A DNA stretch of 64,000 bases from an uncultured Leptospirales bacterium (GTDB lineage: Bacteria > Spirochaetota > UBA4802 > UBA5550), in assembly GCA_964645775.1 (NCBI GenBank), contig CAZYBU010000004.1, positions 17,805 through 81,804 on the forward strand. The letters run 5' to 3'. The position numbers were made by a program, and so were the translations under genes. The notes below the pieces were generated by a model that was given only the letters and a program-made list of their open reading frames with translations, was not told the DNA's origin and ran no database searches. This document shows positions 1-8,170 of this stretch, piece after piece; positions within the stretch are counted from its first letter, which is position 1, and each line of letters starts with the position of its first letter.

Positions 1-1
1 C

Positions 2-397
2 CTCTACCATAAGAACCAGAGTGACAAGAACCTGATTTACCATGATCCCTGTCACTCACCTCTTAAAGACTACGGTTACCGGAAGGCCTTTAACCGTATC
101 CTGGATAACGACCCGGCCATTACGCCGAACTGCTGCGGGGAGGGAGGAACACTGGCACTATCCACGCCCGGCATATCCGTATCTCTGCGTGCAAGAAAAG
201 CGTCCCTGATTGAAGACGGCATGCAGGATGTCATAACTACCTGCCCCAGTTGTGTCCAGGGACTTTCAAAAATCGAAGATATCAACGGGACACATCTTTC
301 TCAGTACCTGGCCCGTACTTTTCTGGGAGATTCATGGAAGAAGGATTATCTCCGTGACGTTAAAAGGAAGGAAGCCGTTGAACGAATAATTTTTTAG
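2..397 (+). CDS. C-terminal fragment of an Fe-S (CCG-domain) oxidoreductase, FAD-linked oxidase/GlcF-like; 5'-truncated by the window edge
   Basis: Not in the ORF track. Frame 2 is open from the edge to TAG at 395-397 and reads ...YHDPCHSPL...CCGEGG...TTCPSCVQGL..., the CCG cysteine-rich motifs. Confidence 0.85.
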   Translation, partial: LYHKNQSDKNLIYHDPCHSPLKDYGYRKAFNRILDNDPAITPNCCGEGGTLALSTPGISVSLRARKASLIEDGMQDVITTCPSCVQGLSKIEDINGTHLSQYLARTFLGDSWKKDYLRDVKRKEAVERIIF

Positions 398-456
398 TTC
401 AAAGCAACCGCGCAAAAGCCGAATTAGTAAGTAATACCGTACCATTGGGGACAGCT

Positions 457-1110
457 ATGCGAAAAGCATTCATACTCATATTCCTGATCCTGCTTCTTCC
501 CATGGTTCCTTTTGCCCAGGAAACCAGCACAAGTGAAGAGAAGAAGAACACGAGTGATTATCTGATTATCACGCCGGGCGCTCGATACAGTGACACATTT
601 GAGATCGATAAGATCTATTTCAATAAAACCATTGATCTGGGCGGAAGGGGAGAAGTTTTAAAGGTTGTTATGGTGATCAAAAACCTGACAGATGATCCCC
701 AGGATCTCTACATCTTTACCTTCGCCACATATGAAAAACCTCCCAAAGAGTTAACCAGTTTTGATCGCCCCATCAAGCAGAAAGACAAACTGAGGAACTT
801 TAAACCTTATCCCGATAATCCTGAGAATTTCAAGTATCCGAAGAAAGACAAATGGGGAAATACCATTAAGAATGAAGATGGCGAGACGGTAATGACCTTT
901 CATAAAAACCCCAAAGATCCGAAGGAAGGTATAAATCCCAGAACAGGGAAGCCCTATCATCTTGAGAATAAGCTCGTTGTCAGAACTCAGCACCTGAGTA
1001 AATACAAAACAGACTATACATTCTTCAACCATCTCACTGTCATTATCTTTAATAATAAACTGGAACCTGTTGCACGACAGATATGGCGTTTCAAGGGTTA
1101 CCGCAGGTAG
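457..1110 (+). CDS. Hypothetical exported protein
   Basis: ATG at 457 gives a signal peptide (MRKAFILIFLILLLPMVPFAQ). No family recognised. Confidence 0.75.
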   Translation: MRKAFILIFLILLLPMVPFAQETSTSEEKKNTSDYLIITPGARYSDTFEIDKIYFNKTIDLGGRGEVLKVVMVIKNLTDDPQDLYIFTFATYEKPPKELTSFDRPIKQKDKLRNFKPYPDNPENFKYPKKDKWGNTIKNEDGETVMTFHKNPKDPKEGINPRTGKPYHLENKLVVRTQHLSKYKTDYTFFNHLTVIIFNNKLEPVARQIWRFKGYRR

Positions 1111-1131
1111 AGGGTTATCCCGTTTTATCCA

Positions 1132-1160
1132 TTGACTTTTTCCTGTTAACTTCATATAAT
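1132..1160 (+). promoter_or_regulatory. Sigma70-type promoter
   Basis: TTGACT (1132-1137), 17 bp, TATAAT (1155-1160), upstream of ATG 1200. Confidence 0.75.
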
Positions 1161-1199
1161 ACTCGTATCAGGTGAGTGCCGGTCTCAGAAGAGTATAGT

Positions 1200-2264
1200 A
1201 TGAAAAATTTTGTTATCATTGCCATTCTTATGGTCAGCACTTCGCTCCTTGCTGATACTTCTTATACTACCGAAAGGAATAAAAGTATAAAAAGTGTAAA
1301 TGGAAGGTTATACGCTTATATCGTCCTTCTCTTTAATGAAAATCCCCATTTTGTTAACCTTATTCAGAAGGGAACGGTTCCCCTTAATGTAATCGGTAAT
1401 GAAGGCTTCCATGTACGGGAGTACAAGAGATATCTTCGAACGGTTCAAAGCTCCAAGATTCTTGAATTAGCACGGCTTATGCTATCCGTTTATCTTGAAC
1501 CGAAACGATATTCGTCCCAAGACCTGAATAAGATGGAGAAGAACCTTGAAGCCTATAATATTATTCTCCGTTTTTCCAAATACAACAATACAGGGCTTAA
1601 CCAGATAACGCTTGAATACTGCATCTTCGCGAGACGTGTCAGGCTGGAGATTACCCATCCTCTCATTAATATCCGAGAAGAGATATATAATATTCAGCCT
1701 TTCATATATTACGATGAGTTCTCCACAAGCAACTCAACCTTCTATTACGACATGATCTATATTAACCCGGACGAGGTAACTAATGACGCTATCATCGCAC
1801 ACCGGATTCAAAAAAACCAGAACGTACAATCCATGTTCTTTGTCGGATCCGTGGTCAATGATGACATCAAATACTGTCTTTCCAGGGCCTTTAACGATAC
1901 ATCCCGTATCCGGGACGAGATATGGAAGATGTTCGTTCTTCATGAAATGACACATAAAATCATTAACAATCGCTATAATCATTTCGATCAAATCACCGGA
2001 GAAGAACTCTCACTGAGCAGCACAATCTATGCCAACCCCTATCTCGGGATGTCCGTACTCTACAGCTACATGAACTACAACGCCATCAATCCCCACAGAG
2101 TCGCAGCCATAAATTTTTTACGTTTTGTATCAGAAGAGACCCAAAAAACAGAGATCATGGAAAATCCGGGATTGCTGAAATTCTTTCCCGAAGCTGAACT
2201 GAAACGACTGAGCAAACGTCACTTTCATCACATTTTGCAGAAACTCAAGATGGTTCAGAAGTAA
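1200..2264 (+). CDS. Exported protein with HExxH motif, putative zinc metallopeptidase
   Basis: Signal peptide MKNFVIIAILMVSTSLLA; VLHEMTH motif followed by GEE. Confidence 0.65.
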   Translation: MKNFVIIAILMVSTSLLADTSYTTERNKSIKSVNGRLYAYIVLLFNENPHFVNLIQKGTVPLNVIGNEGFHVREYKRYLRTVQSSKILELARLMLSVYLEPKRYSSQDLNKMEKNLEAYNIILRFSKYNNTGLNQITLEYCIFARRVRLEITHPLINIREEIYNIQPFIYYDEFSTSNSTFYYDMIYINPDEVTNDAIIAHRIQKNQNVQSMFFVGSVVNDDIKYCLSRAFNDTSRIRDEIWKMFVLHEMTHKIINNRYNHFDQITGEELSLSSTIYANPYLGMSVLYSYMNYNAINPHRVAAINFLRFVSEETQKTEIMENPGLLKFFPEAELKRLSKRHFHHILQKLKMVQK

Positions 2265-3295
2265 TACCGCACTTTTCTCGGTTCAGAAACCTTCAGATCA
2301 TCCTTTCTAATATTTTTCTCCCCGGTATACCAGTCCATCATGAGTTCCGTCGGATATTCCGGTCGATTCCCCTTTATAAGATCTTCTTCCATGGACTCCC
2401 ACGTTGCAAGGGTCAGATCAACGCATTTTTGAATCAGATTATCCACGGTCTCGTATCTGAGGCCGCCATTTCCGGAGGGATTTTTCCATCCTTCCCCATG
2501 ATGATTCAGTATATCTGAATTAATTCTCCGGGGGTCAGGATAAATAACGAACATTTCCAATCCGGTCTTCTGTTCCATAAAAAGGAGGAGTTTTCGTCCC
2601 CGATCACCCTTTACCCTTTTGAGAGACTGGATAAACACTTTTGCTCTCCCCGCAATTGCGAGAGGATCTGGGAACAATGACCACCTGCGGGACCTCTCTA
2701 CCCAGCGATGAATTGTTGAATCGGGAAAGGCATTTAACAGTCCCTCTTCGATGGTAAACGATACGGCAGGATGCATTTCCTGGATAGCCCTGCGGGGCTC
2801 ACAGAGGCTTTTCATCCCTTCCGGTGAACTGTACGCCAGGTAATTGTCGATCGTGTACATCATCAACAGGTTCTTCCTTCGTACGGAAGAAATGACCTTG
2901 CCTTTCCCCTGAAAAGGAATCCCGGACCAGTAATAGATAAAAGGGTGGAAGATGATATCCACTATTCCGTGACAAAGTAGACCGTAGAGATAGGCCCGGC
3001 TGTTCGCGGACCAGTTGTCCATTAAGTCGTTATTATTTCCAAGAAAATCAAGGACAGGTTCTAAGAATCTCTCCGCCGCAACCCCGTGAAGGTCCCGTTC
3101 AACTTTCTTTAAAATACCTGCCGGGGTATGATGAAACACATCCGGGCCCAGAGCCCCCACCATGCAGGAGCGCATCCTATCTTCCTCGGAAAAGAGAGAT
3201 TCCAGCGAACGAAGAAACAGGTTCTTCTGCCGGGTCCTCTTCAGAGTATCGATAATTCTTTCAATAATACAGGTATGAGTAATGGGTCCGGGCAT
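2255..3295 (-). CDS. Zinc-dependent phospholipase C family protein
   Basis: N-terminal MPGPITH, GALGPDVF and GLLCHGIVDIIFHPFIY motifs typical of Zn_dep_PLC-like proteins. Confidence 0.75.
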   Translation of the reverse strand: MPGPITHTCIIERIIDTLKRTRQKNLFLRSLESLFSEEDRMRSCMVGALGPDVFHHTPAGILKKVERDLHGVAAERFLEPVLDFLGNNNDLMDNWSANSRAYLYGLLCHGIVDIIFHPFIYYWSGIPFQGKGKVISSVRRKNLLMMYTIDNYLAYSSPEGMKSLCEPRRAIQEMHPAVSFTIEEGLLNAFPDSTIHRWVERSRRWSLFPDPLAIAGRAKVFIQSLKRVKGDRGRKLLLFMEQKTGLEMFVIYPDPRRINSDILNHHGEGWKNPSGNGGLRYETVDNLIQKCVDLTLATWESMEEDLIKGNRPEYPTELMMDWYTGEKNIRKDDLKVSEPRKVRYYF

Positions 3296-3380
3296 GATAT
3301 TTACCAGTCAACATGACAGCCATGATCGATTCTTAATCATCTGTCCAGCATTTATTATGACAAGGTGATCGCATTTGAAA

Positions 3381-3409
3381 TTGACGAAAAAATCCCCGGT
3401 TTTTATACT
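3381..3409 (+). promoter_or_regulatory. Sigma70-type promoter of the B12-sensor operon
   Basis: TTGACG (3381-3386), 17 bp, TATACT (3404-3409). AAGGAA RBS precedes ATG 3440. Confidence 0.7.
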
Positions 3410-3439
3410 TATAGCAAAATATACAAGGAAACGCATTTC

Positions 3440-4483
3440 ATGTCAGCATATATTCATGCGGCGACAGAGCTTCAAAAACAAGAACAGGACATCCTTTACG
3501 ATATCATATCTTCTTTCCAGGAAAAAGGCTTTTCTTTCAATATAACGAACGATAAGCTGATAGAATACATCCAGTACGATCTCGCATCTCTCCGTGAGGC
3601 TCTCCGGCGCCAGGATATCTCCTATTATAGCAGACAGCTTGGCTGGCTCTGGAGTATGCTTACCCGGCATGGTGTACCTGAATTCGCCATAAAAATGCGT
3701 TACGATCAAATGCAGAAAACCATATCAGGGCACTGTACACCGAATTCTTCCCGGTTAATCAGTGATTTTATTAACAATGCCCTCTACTCTGTAAAAGAAG
3801 AGGATTCAGAGCTCTCCCATATTTTACCGGACAATCCCCTGGCTAATGAAGCAGGGGAATACATGAACAAGCTGTTGAATTCAGATAAGGGTGGAGCCAT
3901 GGAGCTTATCTATTCCCTGGTAGAAAAGGGAGAACCGGTGAAATCAATATACATGGATATTTTCCAGCCGGTTCAGCTCGATATCGGTCGCCTCTGGCAG
4001 AATGATGAGATTTCCGTGGCCCAGGAACACTACTCAACGGCTTTGACCCAGCAATTGATGTCCATTCTCTTCCCCCATCTCTATACGGAAGAGAAAACCG
4101 GTAAAAAGATGGTAGCTACATGCCTCACCGGTGAACTCCATGAACTGGGACTTCGCATGGTTACGGACTTTTTCGAATCCGAGGGATGGGAGGCATTCTA
4201 CCTGGGAGCGAACATGCCCTATCCCGGAATCATTCAGACCATTAACCGCCACAGGGTCAATCTTCTTGCCCTGTCAGCCTCCATGCCGATTCAGGTTGAT
4301 CGAATAATCCAGTTCATAAGCAACGTCCGGGAACAGAGTGATCACTGGATATGCATCCTGGTGGGGGGATATCTTTTTAACCGTGATCCTGATTTATGGA
4401 AACGTGCAGGGGCGGATGGTTTTGCCCAAAACGCGTCCGAAGCCGTAACCCTGGCCACTGAGCTCTGCGATTCAATGTCATGA
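3440..4483 (+). CDS. Cobalamin-binding sensor protein: N-terminal globin-like helical domain plus CarH-type B12-binding domains
   Basis: W-x9-EH motif (WQNDEISVAQEH), ExHxxG (ELHELG), LGANMP, LSASM, LVGG. Start moved to ATG 3440 from promoter and RBS position. Confidence 0.88.
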   Translation: MSAYIHAATELQKQEQDILYDIISSFQEKGFSFNITNDKLIEYIQYDLASLREALRRQDISYYSRQLGWLWSMLTRHGVPEFAIKMRYDQMQKTISGHCTPNSSRLISDFINNALYSVKEEDSELSHILPDNPLANEAGEYMNKLLNSDKGGAMELIYSLVEKGEPVKSIYMDIFQPVQLDIGRLWQNDEISVAQEHYSTALTQQLMSILFPHLYTEEKTGKKMVATCLTGELHELGLRMVTDFFESEGWEAFYLGANMPYPGIIQTINRHRVNLLALSASMPIQVDRIIQFISNVREQSDHWICILVGGYLFNRDPDLWKRAGADGFAQNASEAVTLATELCDSMS

Positions 4484-5556
4484 ATATCATCGCCATCTGC
4501 AACCAAGAAAACCGTGTCCTTGAAATAATTGAGGATGAGACTGAAAGCATCAAACCCGGAATGATCATCCCCCTTGAAGAGGGGTTACCCCGGATTCAAT
4601 TGAATGACCAGGTATATTATGGCCGTCTTATCATTCTCGCGGGAGAGGATCGTATCCTCCTGGCTCCAGGAGGCAATCACTCTCTCGAAGAGGCTCTTAT
4701 CTCCATTACAAACCACTATCGTTTCCGCGTAACCGACATACAGCGAACCGTTGAAATGGAACACGCGGAACAAAAGAGTAAGGATGATGAGACCTATAAC
4801 AGGCTAACCGAGCTTAACAATGAACTCATAACAACCAGACGGGAACTCTCCCGCAAGAACATGAATCTCGACAGAATAAACCATGAACTGAACGAGGTTA
4901 ACCGGGAACTTGAATCTTTCAGCTATTCCGTATCACACGACCTGAGAGCTCCCCTGAGAGTCATCACAGGATACATACATCACCTTATGAATCCCGGGGA
5001 AAAAACATGCGAAGAGGAACGTTATTCCATCCTGAAAAGGATACATGCAAACGCAAAGCATATGCAGGAGATGATCAACGCTCTTCTCGATATATCAAGA
5101 CAGACCCGTAAGGAAATTGAACGGTCCCCTGTTGACATCTCATCTATTGCAGAATCAATCATCCATGACCTGAAGAAATATGAACCGGATCGAAGAGTCC
5201 AGACTGAGATTGAACCTGGAATAATTGTGAACGCTGATCATGACCTTACCCGTATCGTTCTGGTAAACCTCATCGGCAACGCCTGGAAGTACAGCGCAAA
5301 AAAAGAAATTGCAATTATTCGGCTTTACCTGGACTCTAATGGTCGTATCTGCCTGGAAGATAATGGTGCCGGTTTTTCAGAATCAATGAAAGAAGAACTG
5401 TTTACCGTTTTCCAGAGGGCCCATGACGAAAAAGAATTCTCCGGGCTGGGTGTGGGCCTTGCCACCGTAAAGCGTATCATACACAGACACAGGGGCAGTA
5501 TTGAAGCCCGGGGAGTACCGGGTGAGGGCGCGACATTCTGTTTTACTCTGGAGTGA
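4480..5556 (+). CDS. Cytoplasmic sensor histidine kinase
   Basis: H-box SYSVSHDLRAPLR, N-box NLIGNAWKYS, G1 EDNGAGF, G2 GLGVGLA. Coiled coil YNRLTELNNEL. ATGA overlap with the upstream gene. Confidence 0.93.
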   Translation: MNIIAICNQENRVLEIIEDETESIKPGMIIPLEEGLPRIQLNDQVYYGRLIILAGEDRILLAPGGNHSLEEALISITNHYRFRVTDIQRTVEMEHAEQKSKDDETYNRLTELNNELITTRRELSRKNMNLDRINHELNEVNRELESFSYSVSHDLRAPLRVITGYIHHLMNPGEKTCEEERYSILKRIHANAKHMQEMINALLDISRQTRKEIERSPVDISSIAESIIHDLKKYEPDRRVQTEIEPGIIVNADHDLTRIVLVNLIGNAWKYSAKKEIAIIRLYLDSNGRICLEDNGAGFSESMKEELFTVFQRAHDEKEFSGLGVGLATVKRIIHRHRGSIEARGVPGEGATFCFTLE

Positions 5557-6407
5557 CCATGCAATCTGTTTTTCCACCAAAAATCATGATCGTTGACGAT
5601 AATGAGGATGAGCTCTTTCTCATACAGAATCACCTGAAAAAACTAGATGCGGAAATCATCCCCATCCTTGAATCTGAGAAAGCCCTGGAACACGTTACAG
5701 ATGACAACCTTGCCCTTGTCATTCTCGATGTCGATATGCCCGGCATGGATGGATACTCCCTTGCGGAAGAGATCCGGAGTCGTCCTTCCTCCCGCTACGT
5801 CCCGATCATATTCTACACCGGAGCCTTTCGGAACGAAAGTCACTATTTCAAAGGATATGAGCATGGCGCTATTGATTATATTCTGAAAGACAGCAACCCG
5901 TCAATCCTGGTGGAAAAGGTAAAGATAATCCTTGAACTCTTTCTCTCCCGCAGGGAAATCCGTGACTCCGAGGTGCGATACCTGATTTTCAGGGAGGTTA
6001 ACCGTCTTGAAAATCATCAGACCAACCGGCAAAATCTTTACCATGATGACCAGGATTCCCTTAAAAAACAGCAACCGGAAACCTATGATGACCTCAAACA
6101 GAGGTATTTCGAACTTATGTATTCCATGGCCACCAAACAGAAAGGACGTGTCGATTCCACAATACCCCAGCGTCTGAACGAGATAACGACTACTCTTTCA
6201 AACCTTGACGGTCGAGGCTCTGATGCTATCTCTTTGCATCTTGATGCCATCAAGATGACCCTCTCAGACGTGAAACCGGAACTCAAGTCGAGTCTCCATG
6301 AAGCTGGCAGGATCATACTCCTGGGAATTATGGACCATCTCATTACCTTTTATAGAAGCCGGTATCTTATGAAAAGAGACCTCCCTTCTGGAGGCGCAGG
6401 CCGATGA
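5553..6407 (+). CDS. Response regulator: intact receiver plus helical C-terminal domain (KaiA-C/RsbU-N-like)
   Basis: VDDNE, LDVDMP, FYTG and YILK receiver residues. C-terminal LHLDAIK...GRIILLGIMDHLITFYR. Confidence 0.88.
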   Translation: MTMQSVFPPKIMIVDDNEDELFLIQNHLKKLDAEIIPILESEKALEHVTDDNLALVILDVDMPGMDGYSLAEEIRSRPSSRYVPIIFYTGAFRNESHYFKGYEHGAIDYILKDSNPSILVEKVKIILELFLSRREIRDSEVRYLIFREVNRLENHQTNRQNLYHDDQDSLKKQQPETYDDLKQRYFELMYSMATKQKGRVDSTIPQRLNEITTTLSNLDGRGSDAISLHLDAIKMTLSDVKPELKSSLHEAGRIILLGIMDHLITFYRSRYLMKRDLPSGGAGR

Positions 6408-8170
6408 AAAATTCGATCTTATTCCTTTTAATCATTATCGGTACCATCTCGGCTTCTGGTTCTGAATTCCCCAGCAGCGTATCATCCGTTCACCTCTATC
6501 AAGACCAGGCTCTCGTAACACGCCAGGCCCGCATTACTCTGAAAAAGGGCATAAATACCGTTACCCTTACCGGTCTTCCCCGTGGGATGAATGACATCTC
6601 TGTACGTGCCGGATTACCAGAATATTTTAATGGGACACTTCTCTCAGTTGAAGTGGAGAAAAACCCTCTTCTCACAGAAAGGAGAAAGGAGATTATCAGT
6701 ATCGAGGAGAAACTGGAAACCCTTCGTAACCGGGACAGAGAACTGATGGACAAACTAAAAATAATTGACCGGCAGGAACAGTTCCTGGATTCTCTTTCGG
6801 AATTTCATGCGAAGAAATCGGGAGATGATATCATAAAGGGTCAGGTATCCACTGGGGCCTGGGAAAAGGCCCTGAATTACACAGCCAGGAAATCGGCCTC
6901 CCTGAAGACCTCTAAACGATCTGTTATCAAGAAACGTGAAAAACTCGGAGAAGAGATACAGAAACATGAATTTCGTCTTCGACAGCTGACAGGGGAGCCT
7001 TATTTCCGGTATTATAACTCCATTAACCAGGACAGGAAGAAGAAGAGCAGCCAGTACGCTCTCCAGGAATATTCCGCCTCCGTTGATGCCTATCGTGAAA
7101 AACAGAATTTCCTGTATAATCCTGTTGGAAAGGTTGATTACGAAAAACGGATCATTCTCCGCATACACAGTCGCAGTGATCAGGCAATCTCCCTGAATGT
7201 GGAATACCTGATCCAGGGTACCAGCTGGGATATGACCTATACTCTCCGGGCAGATCACGCAGGACGAAAGGTGGAGCTTTCCGTAAATGGTGAGATATTC
7301 CAGAAGACAGGGGAAAACTGGAACAACATCCGAATCTCCCTCTCTACTGGTACTCCATCCTACACACTGAACCCCCCGTCTCTTCCTCCCTGGTACGTAA
7401 CTGTACGGGAGAATATTAGCCACATGAAAAAGAGTGGCTACCCACAAAAAATGGAACAACGAATGGATGACGTTTCACAGCAGGAATTAAAAAAAGAGAG
7501 AAGCCCTGCATTCTCCCGTCACGGGTCCAGGGTGGAAATCTCCTTCCCCCATCCCATAACGGTTATCTCTTCCAAAAGAAAGCAGAAAAAGAAGATCCAG
7601 AGCTATACCCTTTCCGGAACTGATATTGAAAAGTTCTATTACGAGGCCCTGGCGGGAGTGTCGGAGTCCTCCTATCTGACAGTCCAATTAAAGAATGGAA
7701 CTGACCTTCCATGGCTGCAGGGTAAAGCACAGGTCTTTCTCTCAGGAGAGTACACCGGAAGCCTGACTATCCCCTTCACGCCTCAGGGACAGAAACAGAC
7801 TCTCGTTCTGAGCAGTGAACCCTCACTTTCTGTGACCAAGACACTGATTAAGCGGTTCGAGGATTCTCCCGGTCTCTTTGACAAGAAAAAGCGGATATCA
7901 TACAGTTTTCTCCTGGAAGTGAAAAACGGACTCGACCATACGGCTCCTATTGAACTGAAGGACAGGTTTCCCGTATCCAGAAATGAGAAGATTGAGATAG
8001 AAGTTATCGATCTGTCCGAACCATTCGCAAAAGGGGAAACGGACTCAGCTGACTACCACTCCGGGATGCGTCTCTGGAGGTTCAATCTGGCAGCAGGTGC
8101 GACCCGAAAAATCACTTACAGAGTTACCATAACCTTCCCCAAAGATATAAACATTGAGGGACTGAGATGA
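6404..8170 (+). CDS. DUF4140/DUF4139 (MuiA-like) exported protein
   Basis: Signal peptide, VHLYQDQALVTR, long coiled coil, QKTGENWNNIRISLST, DRFPVS motifs. Confidence 0.85.
   Translation: MKNSILFLLIIIGTISASGSEFPSSVSSVHLYQDQALVTRQARITLKKGINTVTLTGLPRGMNDISVRAGLPEYFNGTLLSVEVEKNPLLTERRKEIISIEEKLETLRNRDRELMDKLKIIDRQEQFLDSLSEFHAKKSGDDIIKGQVSTGAWEKALNYTARKSASLKTSKRSVIKKREKLGEEIQKHEFRLRQLTGEPYFRYYNSINQDRKKKSSQYALQEYSASVDAYREKQNFLYNPVGKVDYEKRIILRIHSRSDQAISLNVEYLIQGTSWDMTYTLRADHAGRKVELSVNGEIFQKTGENWNNIRISLSTGTPSYTLNPPSLPPWYVTVRENISHMKKSGYPQKMEQRMDDVSQQELKKERSPAFSRHGSRVEISFPHPITVISSKRKQKKKIQSYTLSGTDIEKFYYEALAGVSESSYLTVQLKNGTDLPWLQGKAQVFLSGEYTGSLTIPFTPQGQKQTLVLSSEPSLSVTKTLIKRFEDSPGLFDKKKRISYSFLLEVKNGLDHTAPIELKDRFPVSRNEKIEIEVIDLSEPFAKGETDSADYHSGMRLWRFNLAAGATRKITYRVTITFPKDINIEGLR

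Noticed and set aside
3365-3439. ORF-track N-terminal extension of the B12 protein
   Set aside because: It overlaps the predicted -35/-10 promoter; the RBS supports ATG 3440.
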